Shown: one piece after another, positions 62,819-64,000 of the stretch | Numbering within the stretch: the first letter of the stretch is position 1 | Layout: each line of letters begins with the position of its first letter | NCBI GenBank assembly: GCA_035391305.1 | Contig: DAOPKR010000001.1 | Span: 37,290-101,289 of the forward strand | Direction of reading: 5' to 3' | From: Draconibacterium sp. | GTDB taxonomy: Bacteria; Bacteroidota; Bacteroidia; Bacteroidales; Prolixibacteraceae | Length of the DNA stretch: 64,000 nucleotides | Made by a program: the position numbers and the translations under genes | The notes under the pieces: model-generated | Told to the model about the DNA's origin: nothing | Seen by the model: only the letters and a program-made list of their open reading frames with translations | Databases searched by the model: none

Positions 62819-63273
62819 ACACTTCTGGAAATTTTGTGATTCGAATTTACGGAATCATTATAAACCACAAAAAAGAAGTTTTGCTTTCCGATGAGTTTCA
62901 AATGGGATTAAAAATGACGAAATTCCCGGGTGGCGGGCTGGAATTTGGTGAAGGAACAATTGACGGATTAAAACGCGAATTCAGAGAAGAATGCAATGGC
63001 CAGCAAATTAAAAGCATCCAACACTATTATACTACTGACTTTTTTCAAAAAGCTCTGTTCTACGAAAACAAACAACTACTGAGTATTTATTATCTGGCAA
63101 AATTGTCGGGCTCACTAAAGTTTCGGGTGTCACAGAGGCCATTTGATTTTGAAGAAGAAAAAAATGGAAAGCAAAGCTTTAGATGGAGTAAAATAAAAAG
63201 CTTAAATGAGGGTGAATTTACTTTTCCAATTGATAAATTTGTAGCCATCAAACTAAAGAAACAATTTTCATGA
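62815..63273 (+). CDS. Nudix hydrolase
   Basis: Nudix box GGGLEFGEGTIDGLKREFREE; ATGA overlap with miaA. Confidence 0.9.
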   Translation: MNTSGNFVIRIYGIIINHKKEVLLSDEFQMGLKMTKFPGGGLEFGEGTIDGLKREFREECNGQQIKSIQHYYTTDFFQKALFYENKQLLSIYYLAKLSGSLKFRVSQRPFDFEEEKNGKQSFRWSKIKSLNEGEFTFPIDKFVAIKLKKQFS

Positions 63274-64000
63274 AGATAACCATTCTTGGACCGGCACATC
63301 CATATCGAGGAGGAATTGCAGCACTAAATGAAAGATTGGCGCGGCAACTAGTTGATGAAGGGAATGAAGTAAATATTGTTTCGTTTAATTTGCAGTATCC
63401 AAAATTTCTTTTCCCTGGGAAAACCCAATTTTCAGAACAAAAAACAACATTCAGTTTTCAAATTACCCGGGAAATCAATTCTGTTAATCCGCTTAACTGG
63501 CTTAAAGTAGGTCTGAAAATTAAAAAGTCGCGTCCGGAAATACTAATTGTGCGATTTTGGTTGCCTTTTATGAGTATGAGTTTAGGGTCAATTTGCAGGA
63601 TCGTAAAATTGAACAGATATACAAAAATAATCTCAATAGCAGATAATATCATTCCGCATGAGAAAAGGATTGGCGACAAAGTACTTTGCCGATATTTCAT
63701 TGGCAGCATTGATGCATTCATTACTATGTCAGAAAGTGTTTTAAACGACCTGGCAAAATTCAACTATAAAAAACCAAAAGTATTAACGCCCCACCCAATT
63801 TACGACCATTATGGCGCGGTTGAAAGCAGAGAAAAAGCACTTTTAAATTTAAACCTTTCAAAAGAAGACAGGTACATTTTATTTTTTGGATTTATTCGTG
63901 ATTACAAGGGATTGGATCTTTTGTTGAATGCTTTTTCAAATCCATATTTCAAACCAAACAGAATTAAGTTGATTGTTGCAGGCGAATTTTATACAGATCA
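63270..64000 (+). CDS. GT4 family glycosyltransferase (partial, runs off the window)
   Basis: Not in the ORF track. ATG 63270 (ATGA overlap) reads MKITILGPAHPYRGGIA...QYPKFLFPGKTQ...DNIIPHE...PHPIYD...LFFGFIRDYKGLD and stays open to the window end. Confidence 0.9.
   Translation, partial: MKITILGPAHPYRGGIAALNERLARQLVDEGNEVNIVSFNLQYPKFLFPGKTQFSEQKTTFSFQITREINSVNPLNWLKVGLKIKKSRPEILIVRFWLPFMSMSLGSICRIVKLNRYTKIISIADNIIPHEKRIGDKVLCRYFIGSIDAFITMSESVLNDLAKFNYKKPKVLTPHPIYDHYGAVESREKALLNLNLSKEDRYILFFGFIRDYKGLDLLLNAFSNPYFKPNRIKLIVAGEFYTD

Noticed and set aside
63458-63763. 101-aa minus-strand ORF at the window end
   Set aside because: It is antisense to the clear GT4 reading frame starting at 63270.

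Overview
AT-rich chromosomal window of a Bacteroidota bacterium. The gene set (T9SS PorT and a CTD-bearing cargo, TamL, TAnnTTTG promoters, rpsU-xerC-hpf-tRNA-tuf synteny) fits a Prolixibacteraceae/Marinilabiliales-like lineage; the family assignment is inference. 0-17 kb is accessory: a SusCD-less catabolic run (sulfatase, PhoD-like, GH67, GH26) interrupted by an ORF6N gene, then an M23 peptidase, an NmrA-like protein, a 1300-aa multi-TM Cache-domain protein with no canonical output domain, an NrfJ-like OB-fold lipoprotein and DUF1080. 17-50 kb is mostly core: pfkA, rsmG, an ECF sigma, tgt, an LptF/G permease, the tuf-secE-nusG-rplKAJL-rpoBC cluster, rpsU-xerC-hpf, tamL, porT and menG. 51-58 kb is a 2069-aa SprB-repeat T9SS surface protein, followed by gap, an ABC permease, miaA, a Nudix hydrolase and a partial GT4. 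No CRISPR array, IS element, prophage or rRNA was seen. Four observations stand out. (1) A 62-nt tRNA-like relic sits at the tRNA-Trp position between tuf and secE; it keeps the acceptor stem and T-arm but has a collapsed anticodon arm. (2) Three intact ORFs keep an enzyme fold but appear to have lost their catalytic motifs: a GT2 coupled to an ECF sigma, a class-IV aminotransferase and a PurL C-terminal half. (3) The orphan Cache/degenerate-P-loop/winged-helix membrane protein may be an undescribed receptor. (4) An inverted repeat is embedded in the predicted promoter of the giant T9SS protein. All family and motif calls are by eye, without database searches.
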